This document shows, one piece after another, positions 48,560 through 57,210 of a stretch of DNA of 64,000 nucleotides (its first letter is position 1; each line of letters opens with the position of its first letter). Under the pieces are notes generated by a model. It saw only the letters and a list, made by a program, of their open reading frames with translations. It did no database searches and was not told where the DNA came from. The DNA is from Verrucomicrobia bacterium UBA1200 (GTDB taxonomy: Bacteria; Verrucomicrobiota; Kiritimatiellia; RFP12; UBA1067): contig DBXY01000017.1 of assembly GCA_002309765.1 (NCBI GenBank), forward strand, positions 52,820 to 116,819. The letters run 5' to 3'. A program made the position numbers and the translations under genes.

Positions 48560-51500
48560 TTAGCGGAGAATCATAATCGTCGAGACATCGCGCCAGATAC
48601 GGACCATTCCGTTCTTGATGTCAAGATTCACCAGCGGGGGAATTTCGCCCGTCACCTCGAAGTCGTCTGCCGTAAGCGATGTTGTCGCCTCCGTAAGATC
48701 GATGAGGTTGCGCGTGCCATTGAAGGACGAGAGCTCCAGTTTCACCTTGCCGTTCGCGCGCACATCGCCCACCAGCTTGAGAATACCAGTGGAAGAATCG
48801 AACGAAATCGTGTCCCCGAGAATGATCGGCACAGCGGCGGCCGACGAGACCGTCGCTCCGCCCGAAAGCGTCGTGCCAGCCAGTTCAACCGCCGGGGCGG
48901 ATGCCGAAGCGATTGAGAGATTTGCGCCATCTTGCAGGATCAAATCGGAGAAACCTACCGTGCCCATGCCGAGATTCATCTGCACCGCGCCATCAACCAC
49001 GAACGGGTTGGCATAACGCGAGAGATCCATCTCCTCGTATGCAAACGAGAAATCGTACACAATCTGGCAGGCATACGATCCGCCCGTCGCGCCCGTGAAG
49101 CCGATCCACGCCGTGTTGTCACCCATTACCGCCGCCAAATTGACTTCGCGCGAGGCGGAAACGGAGGAATTGCCACGGGTCGCCGTCAGCGTCAGCTCGC
49201 GCAAATCGTACGACAGCGTGAATTCGGTGTCTTCGCCGTTAGCGAGATCCCATGCCGTAAGGGGCACGGTATCGCCGGAGAAGAGGCCGTCCAACACATA
49301 CTTGAAGCACTGGTCGTTTTGGCTCGGGTAGAGGTTGATACCCCAGCCCGCCGTCTTCGTGCGATCGGAGCCATCGTTATAGACGATGCCGAGTTTTCCG
49401 CCCGTCTGACCGTAGCAGTCCGCCGCGTTGGACGAGAAGTTCTGTAGAACGATCGCCATGCCGTCCGCCGGAGAGGCACTGTGCTGGGTTACGCGATACT
49501 TGAAGGACGCACGGAAAGGACGGTTTACATATACGCGCGTCGAGTTCCAGGTCGCACTCCGGGCGTAGTCCACATTCGCCGTTAACTGGAACGCCGGCTT
49601 GTCATCGACCGTCGTGTAGGTCGGCGCGTATTTCGTAGGCGTCCAGCCCGTTTCGCCGATGCCGGGAATGCTTGATCCATCCGCGATGCTGCGGAACGAG
49701 AAGCCGCTGATCGTCTGCTCGCATCCGGTCGAAGCGCCTGTGGTACCCGTGAAGCCGATCCACGCGTATTCGCTGCCGAGAATTGACTTGAGGTCAACCG
49801 TCCATGTCATCGGGCCACTTGTCGGGCGAACGGTACCGTTGCAATCCCACGACGCACTAAGGACCGCGCCGTCATAGCTTACGGTAATCTTGATCACGTT
49901 GCCGCCATCGGCCGCGATAGCGTTGGAGCGCGAGGAGGTGTCATCCGAGATCGTGCCGGCATTGCTGAAGCCGTAACGGTCACGGGTATCGGATTCGATA
50001 CCGACACGCATGATTACACCAATCGACTTGGTAAAGGCGCACCCCAAAGTCGAACCCGACGATGCGCTGCCAATCGCGTTTGGTCCCGCCGCTTCGTTCT
50101 GCAGGACGAGCGCGGCACCGAGCAGATCCGTCGTCCAATCGTCATGTTCTCCCGCCTGATAGGAGAAGGTTACCTGCCAAGGATCGGTCACGCGCACGCG
50201 CCGGGAGTAGAACGCCGACCCCACATTCGCTGTCGCATACGGAGTCAGCTTCAGATTACCCTCGGAAATCGCCGTGCTGCCGTTGAGCAAGAACTGGTCG
50301 AATCCGTCAATCTGGTTTACAATACCGCTACCGAGCGTTACGCTCGATCCGTCATCGAGACGCACTTCGGTCTTATCGCTGAAGGCCGGCATATCAATGC
50401 CCAGCGAGGCGCCGTCCAGGATCTCAAAGTCCGGGTTGCCGACAAGGCGGGCCGCGTCGAGATCGGTCGTGCCGGAAACAACGAAACGCCCGGAACCGGA
50501 AATAGCTCCGGTACCCAGTAGGTCGAACGAATCGAGGAAGACCTCACCGTTGTTGCGGAAGGTTGACGTGTTCGCCAGATTAACACCGTCAGCGAAAACG
50601 AGCGTTCCGGCTTCGACGGAGGTCGAACCCGAATAGGTCTGGGATTTAGTGAGCGTCATACGCCCTTCGCCCTGCTTCTCTAGGCTGCCCGTTCCGGAAA
50701 TGACGTCATTGAACGTATCGTCACCCGAGTTTTTGAGGATCACCTTGCCGGGAGTGGAGATACCGTCCGTCGAGGCCCACGAGAAGTTCACGTCGCCACC
50801 GATCGTCAACACCTGATTGGCTTGGGTTACCGTCACCGGACCTTGGAAGGTGTTGTTGGCGCCCGACAGAATGATATAGCCGCCGTCGGTGATTTGGACC
50901 GGTCCGGCGCCAGTCAAGCCGCCGGGGATTTCCATTGAGTAGGTACCCCAAGGATGGAGTATCGCGCCGTCCGGACCGACCTTAACGCCGCGCGTCGGGG
51001 CAAGGGAGAAAACGGTGTTACCGTTGCGGAGGATACCGCCGTTGATGTAGATGTTGTCCTCATCGAACTCCGCCGGGATGGCACCGAATCCGTCCGCCGT
51101 CACGAAGACGGTACCGCCGTCGAGAATCGACGTGCCGCCGGAATAGGTGTTTGCCGTATTTGAAAGGTTGACGATACCGACCGTCCCCACCTCAACGCGA
51201 GCCGCACCGGCGGAATTGTCCGACAAAACGGAGGGCTGGAAGCCCGGATTGCTCGTCTGATAATACGGCACGGCGCCGCCGCCGAGCAGGAAGACGTTAT
51301 CGACGCCCGGGAAAATCGAACCCGTCTGAGTCATTACCGAACCGGTCTTGTCGGTACCAAGGCGACAGCCGGGGAAACGGGAAAGATCGACGCTGCAGTT
51401 CGCGGAGTTGTCGGTGAGCAGAATCGTCGCCGGCTTGGAGCCTTCGGCAATCCGCGAAGTGAAGAAGGTCGCGCCCACAAGCGCGTCAAGTTTGAAAGCG

Positions 51501-53815
51501 GTACCTTCTGCGAAATAAAGCTTCGTCAAGTCTGGGTTGCCCGCCGCATACGACGAGCCGGAAATGCCGAGGATGCCTTTGTACACGCTGATGTTGCCGC
51601 TCATGCCGTCGTTGAGACCGGAGAGCGTTACGCCGTCCGTATCTGTCTCGCCGTAGATTTCGACTGACGCTGGCAACCCGTCCCTGTCGGAGATGTTGCC
51701 GGCATAGACCATAAGGCCATTGGTGGGGCGGAAGATGTACTTATTCTGGTAAGGTGTTATCGTTCCCGTATAAGTAAAGGTGCCGTCGGGAACGATGGTA
51801 AGCCCGGGATACTCGGAGAAGTTGAGAGACTCCGCCGCATTGTTGCCGTGAAGGACGAATACGCCCACGGAAGTCTTGTCGATGCGAGACAGAAGCTCTG
51901 CCGCTCCGCCCGCGTAATCGGCGCTAACCGCACCGCCTTCCAGTTTGAACGTAGCCGCGTTGTTTGCGACCAGCGCGGTGGCGCTGCCGATTGTCAAACG
52001 GCCCTCTTTGACAATGAACGTCGAAGAAAGATTACTCGGCGATTCCGTATCGTTGGGCAGGAGAATCAGCGTGCCTTCGCCAATCTTGACGATCTCCGCC
52101 GCACCGCCCTCCGTCAAATCGTGGATGGTGGTCCGGATTGTGGAACTCAAGTCCGCCGGGACATCGAACGTCACCCTGTTCTTGATGTTGAAAATGACGG
52201 GCGGCTCGACCAGCGACGTGCGCTGGCGCTGGATGCAGATGGTCGCGTCATCGATGTTGACCGTACCCGTCGTGGTGGTGGCGTTGCCCTCGACACGCAA
52301 AATGGAGTTGTTTAACACCGAGCCAGGATGGAGGTTGAGCGTGCCGGAACCCGCCGCCGAGTTCGCCGTGAGATAAATATTCGGCGTTGTGTCGGGCGTA
52401 CCGCTTGTGAACGTGCCATACACGTCGAGCACGCCCGTTCCCGTACCAGAGCAGATGTACGAGGCGCCAAAAACGGTTAGTTCGCCGCCCGGTTCGACCG
52501 TGACAAGACCTTGGGCGTCATCGCCGTCGGCGATGCGGAACGTGCTCTCGACACTCACGACACCGTTCGTCTTGATGGTCAGGTCGCCCGAGCTTCCGGG
52601 ATATTGCCCCACGCGCAGGGAGCCGCCGCGGATGGTAATGGCTCCCACGGCGTCCGCGAGGCCGCCCACCACGCCAACGCCCGTGTTGTAGGGGCCGCCG
52701 ATCGTGAGCGAGTTGGCCGCGGTCGCAAATTCGCCGTTCGGAATAGTGAGCGAGAACGTGCCGCCAGCCCTGTTGCCAAGCTCGACGGTGCTGTTGTTGC
52801 TAGCGACTGTCAGCGTGCTGCCGTTGTCGATCGTCAGGCCGGTGTTCTTCGAGGCGTTCACCGTCAGGAAGTGCACGGCGTTGCTTGCGCCGTTGTCGAT
52901 CACGAGCGGCTGGTCGCCCTCGATAATAAGGTTGTCGTCAAGCGCGAGCGCCTTGCCGTTGTACCAAGTCGCGCCGTCCGTCCAGAGCGTGTCGGGCGTG
53001 TCAGTCACGCCGTAATACGCCTTCTCTGCGTTGTAGTTACTGATTACCTGCGCGGCCGTGAGCGCCCCCGTCTGGATGCGGAGATGGCCGTAGTCAGCGT
53101 AAGGCTGGCGTTCCCAGGACGAGCTGGAGACTTTATAGATGCCCGAGATGATGATGTAGCTCGGATCTTCGTTGGTCAGGTTGAGGATGGTGTTGCCCAC
53201 CGAGGTGAGGCAGCCGTTCAGGTAGACCCGCTCATAGCCCGACGCCTCGTGGACCAAACAGATGTGGTACCAGTTGTTGGGCTGGGGGCGGTATTCGCCC
53301 TGGTTGCTACGGCCCCAGTAGAGGTTGTAGGTGTTGTGGTCCACGGCGGCGTTGCTGTTGTCGATGCGGAATGCCGCGCGCGTCAACGCCTCGGCTGCGG
53401 CGTCGGAGACCTTGTAGTACGTCGAGAAACTCAGGAAGTAGCGCGTGCTCTGGTCCTGCGTCGGCGCGATCCAGGCCTCGACCGTCCAGGGGTTGTTGCC
53501 CGCGAGCGAATCTGGCGTGGGCACGCCGTTCGTCATGCTGCCCGTGCCCGAACCCGCGAAGCGCACCGCCGCCGCGCCGTTGCGAAAACGGTAGGTCGGC
53601 CGCGTGTTCTGATTGTGAGTGTTGACATGGGCGAAATCGGGCATGGTTCCGGCATTGGGCCACAGTTCCACATTGTTGCCCTCCTCATACCCCGTCAACG
53701 TCGATGCGTCGAGATCCACCAGCAACTCTCCGGCGGTCTCAAGCTCCACCGCGCCAAGCGTCAGCGCAAAAAGCGCCACCACGCCGCTCAAACATTTCAA
53801 GCCAGTCATAGACAA
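48560..53815 (-). CDS. Giant (1751 aa) exported surface protein: N-terminal LamG-like domain, beta-helix with autotransporter-associated repeats, two L-type-lectin-like domains
   Basis: Signal peptide MSMTGLKCLSGVVALFALTLGA. LamG-like N-terminus (approximately 53125-53728). KIGEGTLILL and EKQGEGRMTLTKSQTYSGSTSVEAGTLVF repeats. Lectin-like AWIGFTGTTGAS / AWIGFTGATGGS. C-terminus ...RDVSTIMILR. Confidence 0.8.
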   Translation of the reverse strand: MSMTGLKCLSGVVALFALTLGAVELETAGELLVDLDASTLTGYEEGNNVELWPNAGTMPDFAHVNTHNQNTRPTYRFRNGAAAVRFAGSGTGSMTNGVPTPDSLAGNNPWTVEAWIAPTQDQSTRYFLSFSTYYKVSDAAAEALTRAAFRIDNSNAAVDHNTYNLYWGRSNQGEYRPQPNNWYHICLVHEASGYERVYLNGCLTSVGNTILNLTNEDPSYIIISGIYKVSSSSWERQPYADYGHLRIQTGALTAAQVISNYNAEKAYYGVTDTPDTLWTDGATWYNGKALALDDNLIIEGDQPLVIDNGASNAVHFLTVNASKNTGLTIDNGSTLTVASNNSTVELGNRAGGTFSLTIPNGEFATAANSLTIGGPYNTGVGVVGGLADAVGAITIRGGSLRVGQYPGSSGDLTIKTNGVVSVESTFRIADGDDAQGLVTVEPGGELTVFGASYICSGTGTGVLDVYGTFTSGTPDTTPNIYLTANSAAGSGTLNLHPGSVLNNSILRVEGNATTTTGTVNIDDATICIQRQRTSLVEPPVIFNIKNRVTFDVPADLSSTIRTTIHDLTEGGAAEIVKIGEGTLILLPNDTESPSNLSSTFIVKEGRLTIGSATALVANNAATFKLEGGAVSADYAGGAAELLSRIDKTSVGVFVLHGNNAAESLNFSEYPGLTIVPDGTFTYTGTITPYQNKYIFRPTNGLMVYAGNISDRDGLPASVEIYGETDTDGVTLSGLNDGMSGNISVYKGILGISGSSYAAGNPDLTKLYFAEGTAFKLDALVGATFFTSRIAEGSKPATILLTDNSANCSVDLSRFPGCRLGTDKTGSVMTQTGSIFPGVDNVFLLGGGAVPYYQTSNPGFQPSVLSDNSAGAARVEVGTVGIVNLSNTANTYSGGTSILDGGTVFVTADGFGAIPAEFDEDNIYINGGILRNGNTVFSLAPTRGVKVGPDGAILHPWGTYSMEIPGGLTGAGPVQITDGGYIILSGANNTFQGPVTVTQANQVLTIGGDVNFSWASTDGISTPGKVILKNSGDDTFNDVISGTGSLEKQGEGRMTLTKSQTYSGSTSVEAGTLVFADGVNLANTSTFRNNGEVFLDSFDLLGTGAISGSGRFVVSGTTDLDAARLVGNPDFEILDGASLGIDMPAFSDKTEVRLDDGSSVTLGSGIVNQIDGFDQFLLNGSTAISEGNLKLTPYATANVGSAFYSRRVRVTDPWQVTFSYQAGEHDDWTTDLLGAALVLQNEAAGPNAIGSASSGSTLGCAFTKSIGVIMRVGIESDTRDRYGFSNAGTISDDTSSRSNAIAADGGNVIKITVSYDGAVLSASWDCNGTVRPTSGPMTWTVDLKSILGSEYAWIGFTGTTGASTGCEQTISGFSFRSIADGSSIPGIGETGWTPTKYAPTYTTVDDKPAFQLTANVDYARSATWNSTRVYVNRPFRASFKYRVTQHSASPADGMAIVLQNFSSNAADCYGQTGGKLGIVYNDGSDRTKTAGWGINLYPSQNDQCFKYVLDGLFSGDTVPLTAWDLANGEDTEFTLSYDLRELTLTATRGNSSVSASREVNLAAVMGDNTAWIGFTGATGGSYACQIVYDFSFAYEEMDLSRYANPFVVDGAVQMNLGMGTVGFSDLILQDGANLSIASASAPAVELAGTTLSGGATVSSAAAVPIILGDTISFDSSTGILKLVGDVRANGKVKLELSSFNGTRNLIDLTEATTSLTADDFEVTGEIPPLVNLDIKNGMVRIWRDVSTIMILR
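49030..50304 (-). other. Two tandem legume(L-type)-lectin-like domains within the 1751-aa protein (approximate bounds)
   Basis: Each unit starts with a (F/A)xL(N/T)... stretch: VGSAFYSRRVRV..PWQVTFSY and ATWNSTRVYVNRPFRASFKY. Each contains GAALVLQN / GMAIVLQN and ends with AWIGFTG(T/A)TG...(F)SF. Confidence 0.6.
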
Positions 53816-53933
53816 CTCCCTTCTTTTCCTATCCCAAAGTTTTTTGCCGTTTATCGTTTAACCGTCAGCGCACTCCCAATTGCGACGAATAAACACAAAA
53901 AGACACAAAACCACTTAACAAATAACTATTAAA

Positions 53934-53962
53934 AGTTTAGCAAAGAAGCAACCGGTTGTCAA
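53934..53962 (-). promoter_or_regulatory. Sigma70-like promoter candidate (TTGACA-17-TAAACT) for the 1751-aa protein gene
   Basis: -35 at 53957-53962 and -10 at 53934-53939 on the minus strand. Six nt downstream comes AGTTATTTGTTAAG, which is also found downstream of the G10 promoter at 40927-40940. Confidence 0.45.
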
Positions 53963-54109
53963 CCCCGCCTTTGGACCGATTTCGACCTTATTCGTTGTTC
54001 AAAATTTCGCCTTGCTTGTTTTCGCGGTAAATTGTACCATATTCGCAGTTTTGATGGTTATGGCGCATGGCGCGCCGGGATATGACGGGTGGAAATCAGG
54101 AGGTCGTAA

Positions 54110-54487
54110 ATGAATCTGTTCGATTATTTTGTGCAAGCTGTCACGACAAAGTACTTGGATTTCAGCGGCCGGGCCCGCCGCAAAGAATATTGGGGTTTCA
54201 TACTGTTTGATTTTATTATCAATGTGGCTATCGGTTTTGTGTCCCACCGCTTGCGCGGATCTATTCTTATCGGATCTTTATCCCCATTCTACTCGCTGGC
54301 AGTGCTTTTGCCTAGGCTCGCAGTGGCAGTACGCCGGTTGCATGACAACGACAAAAGCGGTTGGTGGTTTTTTATTTTCCTGGTTCCGATTATCGGACCA
54401 ATCTGGTTGTTCATCCTGCTGATCCGCGAGGGTACTCCCGGAGCTAACCGTTTCGGACCCGATCCCAAGGCGGGCGCGATGGATTAA
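54110..54487 (+). CDS. DUF805-family inner-membrane protein
   Basis: 125 aa. FSGRARRKEYWGF, VRRLHDNDKSGWW and GANRFGPDP are the DUF805 (YhaH/YhaI-like) signature. AGGAGG RBS. Confidence 0.85.
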   Translation: MNLFDYFVQAVTTKYLDFSGRARRKEYWGFILFDFIINVAIGFVSHRLRGSILIGSLSPFYSLAVLLPRLAVAVRRLHDNDKSGWWFFIFLVPIIGPIWLFILLIREGTPGANRFGPDPKAGAMD

Positions 54488-54510
54488 CCTATAATAATGT
54501 AGAGGCGGAA

Positions 54511-56748
54511 ATGCGCGGAATGGTTTTTTTTACGTTATTGATGATCGCAGCGGCCGTCAACGGTGACACCGTTTTTGACGCCGGCGAATGGCGGGTGGAT
54601 TTTTCTCCCTCGTCCAAATCCCTCAAACTCTCCCACCCCGCCACGGGGACCGAACTTTCCGGAACGCTGTCGTTTTTAGGCCCGGCCAAGGCCAACGCTT
54701 CCGAAACTATGGGACACGAGGTTCCGGCCGACCGCAAATGGCAGATTGAGGATCCCCGCGACGGGGCAAGGCAACGGCTGGCGTTAATTGACCCCAACGG
54801 CGACGCGCAGGGGTACGTGACATTCCAACCCGATGGCGGACGGCTTCGACTGTTGGTGTATCACCGTACCGCGCTTGCCTACCCCGGAACGCTGTCGTTC
54901 CAAGGAACAGCGAAATTTTTCCCCGACGCCTTTGCCGCCCGCACCAGATCGCCGGGCGGACGGGTGTTGCAATTGGCGGCAGGCGATGCCGACTCGCTGT
55001 TAAACGACACGCTGTTTTCCCCGGAAAACGACTGCGCGTTGCGGTTGGACGCCGCAAAGCTAACGTTGTCCGCACATCCCGGCACCGGCTGGGACTTCGG
55101 ATTCGAGGGGCGGATTGACGACGCGGCGCAGGCGGAGTTTACCATCGCGCTGGAGCGGGATTACTACAAAAACCGCTGGGTTCCGTACTACAAGCCGATC
55201 GACCGTTCCCGCGCCCCGCATCCGCCAACCGGTTGGATGAGCTGGAACACCTACTTCGACAAAGCCGGCTCAAAAGAAAACCTTGCCGAGGCGCGGTTGG
55301 GCGCGAAGTTCCTAAAACCGTTCGGGCTGGAAATCTGGTCAATCGAGTCCTGGCAGGCGAATTCCAGCGAATTGCCGGTCTCGAAGTTCCACAACATGAA
55401 TCTCGAACACCATCCGGAACAGTTTCCTGAAGGTATGAAATGGCTGGCGGGAGAAATCCGCAAACTCGGATTTCGCCCCGGTCTTTGGGTGGCGCCGTTC
55501 GGCACCGGCAACGAGGGGTTTTACCGGGCGCACCGGGATTGGTTCCTGCACCGGAGCGACGGTTCCCCGGTCGGTTGCTGGAACGGCAAATACACGCTCG
55601 ACCCGACGGTCAAGGCGGCGCGCGAACATCTGCGTGGCATCTTCGACAAGGCATCGCACGACTGGGGATACGAGTTCTTTAAAATCGACGGCATGAGCGG
55701 TCGCGGACCGGGTTACTGCGCCCATCTTTACGAACGCCCGGAAATCCGCAAATGTTTCAGCGACCCGTCATGCCCGAACCCCTTTGAACTGTGCGTTAAA
55801 GCCTTCCGCGACGGCATTGGACCCGATCGGATCCTGCTGGCGTGCCAGGGGCATTTCACCGGGGCGGAAGCGGCCTATGCCGACGCTTCCCGTACCGGCG
55901 CGGACATCGTCCACCCCAACCAGCCGGTGAAATGGGCGAACATTCTGCTGCAAGCGCGATGCACCATCAACCAGATCTTCGCCCATAACGTGGTCTTCTG
56001 GTCCGATCCCGACTGTATGATGATCAGCCAGCAAGCGCTGGATATCGAACAGGCGCGGGTAGAAACCACGGTTGTGGCGCTGCCCGGCCAACAGATGTTC
56101 GCCGGCGACAAGCTGGGCGAACTCGCGCCCGACCGCATCCGGCTGCTGCAACAGTCGTTGCCGGTCTGCGACGTCCACCCGGTTGCGCTGTGCCCAAGGT
56201 TTGGACATTTGCCGGTATGGGATTTGGCGGTGCGGCGCAAGTTCGGCTCGTGGCACGTGGCGGCGCTGTTCAATTGGGGCGACCAGCCACAGCGGATAGG
56301 TGTGGACTGGGGAGAAATCGGCGAGGATCCGAAAAAGAACTTTCTGGGTTGGGAGTTTTGGGAAGGCAAATGGCTGGGACGGCTTCAGTCGCGGCTGGAG
56401 CTGGAAGTGCCGCCGCGTTCGGTGCGGCTTGTGGCGTTGCAACCGGATGCCGGTCGGCCGCAGTTTCTCACCAGCGACCGCCACCTCACCCAAGGCGCGG
56501 TGGAAGTGAAAAACAGCCGTTGGGATAACGGGAAGCTCACAACAGAGGTAGAGGCGGTGGGCGGTTTCCCGCTGACCCTGCGGTTCACGGTGCCAAAAGG
56601 ATTTTCATGCGAGGGAGTGGCACAGGTGCCGGGCGCAGTGCTGCGGGGACAACCGGAATCGAACGGCGAGATTTACGCGGTGACGGCGGAAACGCCGGAA
56701 ACGCGGACGGTTGCCCTGGAACTGAAGTTCACGAAAACGGGCAATTAA
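54511..56748 (+). CDS. Exported clan GH-D (GH27/GH36-like) alpha-galactosidase-type hydrolase
   Basis: 745 aa with a signal peptide. PTGWMSWNTYF, FPEGMKWLAGEIRKLGFRPGLWVAPF and GYEFFKIDGM parallel the GH27/GH36 catalytic-barrel motifs (P.GWNSWN, FP.G.K.L, Y.K.D). Confidence 0.68.
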   Translation: MRGMVFFTLLMIAAAVNGDTVFDAGEWRVDFSPSSKSLKLSHPATGTELSGTLSFLGPAKANASETMGHEVPADRKWQIEDPRDGARQRLALIDPNGDAQGYVTFQPDGGRLRLLVYHRTALAYPGTLSFQGTAKFFPDAFAARTRSPGGRVLQLAAGDADSLLNDTLFSPENDCALRLDAAKLTLSAHPGTGWDFGFEGRIDDAAQAEFTIALERDYYKNRWVPYYKPIDRSRAPHPPTGWMSWNTYFDKAGSKENLAEARLGAKFLKPFGLEIWSIESWQANSSELPVSKFHNMNLEHHPEQFPEGMKWLAGEIRKLGFRPGLWVAPFGTGNEGFYRAHRDWFLHRSDGSPVGCWNGKYTLDPTVKAAREHLRGIFDKASHDWGYEFFKIDGMSGRGPGYCAHLYERPEIRKCFSDPSCPNPFELCVKAFRDGIGPDRILLACQGHFTGAEAAYADASRTGADIVHPNQPVKWANILLQARCTINQIFAHNVVFWSDPDCMMISQQALDIEQARVETTVVALPGQQMFAGDKLGELAPDRIRLLQQSLPVCDVHPVALCPRFGHLPVWDLAVRRKFGSWHVAALFNWGDQPQRIGVDWGEIGEDPKKNFLGWEFWEGKWLGRLQSRLELEVPPRSVRLVALQPDAGRPQFLTSDRHLTQGAVEVKNSRWDNGKLTTEVEAVGGFPLTLRFTVPKGFSCEGVAQVPGAVLRGQPESNGEIYAVTAETPETRTVALELKFTKTGN

Positions 56749-56761
56749 GAAAGGGAATGCG

Positions 56762-57196
56762 ATGCGACAAGAACCGGTTATACCTAAACAGGTGGTCGAT
56801 TTGCTGGTAAAAGCCGCCCGAGAAGCGGCGGGACAAGCTTACTGTCCATACTCCGGGTATCCCGTGGGGGCGGCGGCGCTGACATCCGACGGGCAGATTT
56901 TCACCGGCTGCAACGTGGAAAACGCGTCATCAGGACTCACGGTGTGCGCCGAACGCAACGCGATGTTTAAGGCCGTCAGCTCCGGCTGCCGCGAGCTGGC
57001 GGCGATCGCGGTAACCGGAGGAACCTCGCGCGATCCCGCGATGCCCTGCGGCGCGTGCCGGCAGGTGATGGCGGAATTCGCGGGAGACGGACTGCAAATT
57101 TTTGTGGCGGGACTGACCGGGCGACGGGTGACGGCAGTCACGTTGGGTGAATTGCTGCCAAAAGCTTTTCGGCTGGACAGCAAGAAAAACAAATGA
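56762..57196 (+). CDS. cdd: Cytidine deaminase (homotetrameric type)
   Basis: 144 aa. Zinc-binding CAERNA and PCGACRQ motifs at the correct spacing. Confidence 0.92.
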   Translation: MRQEPVIPKQVVDLLVKAAREAAGQAYCPYSGYPVGAAALTSDGQIFTGCNVENASSGLTVCAERNAMFKAVSSGCRELAAIAVTGGTSRDPAMPCGACRQVMAEFAGDGLQIFVAGLTGRRVTAVTLGELLPKAFRLDSKKNK

Positions 57197-57210
57197 AAAG
57201 GGAGGCATTT

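Larger units (their letters stand above)
48341..48652. repeat. Direct repeat, right copy (vapC 3' fragment, hairpin, 3' end of the intact 1751-aa gene)
   Basis: See 42194-42534. Homology starts abruptly at 48341 (ATCATGAT...). The sequence to its left is unrelated to vapC. Confidence 0.8.

Noticed and set aside
52511-53932. 473-aa plus-strand ORF (also 51848-52376 and 48932-49447)
   Set aside because: These lie antisense within the 1751-aa surface-protein gene and have shadow-ORF composition.
53999-54247. 82-aa minus-strand ORF overlapping the DUF805 gene start
   Set aside because: It overlaps a well-supported plus-strand gene and its RBS, and it shows no motif or start signal.
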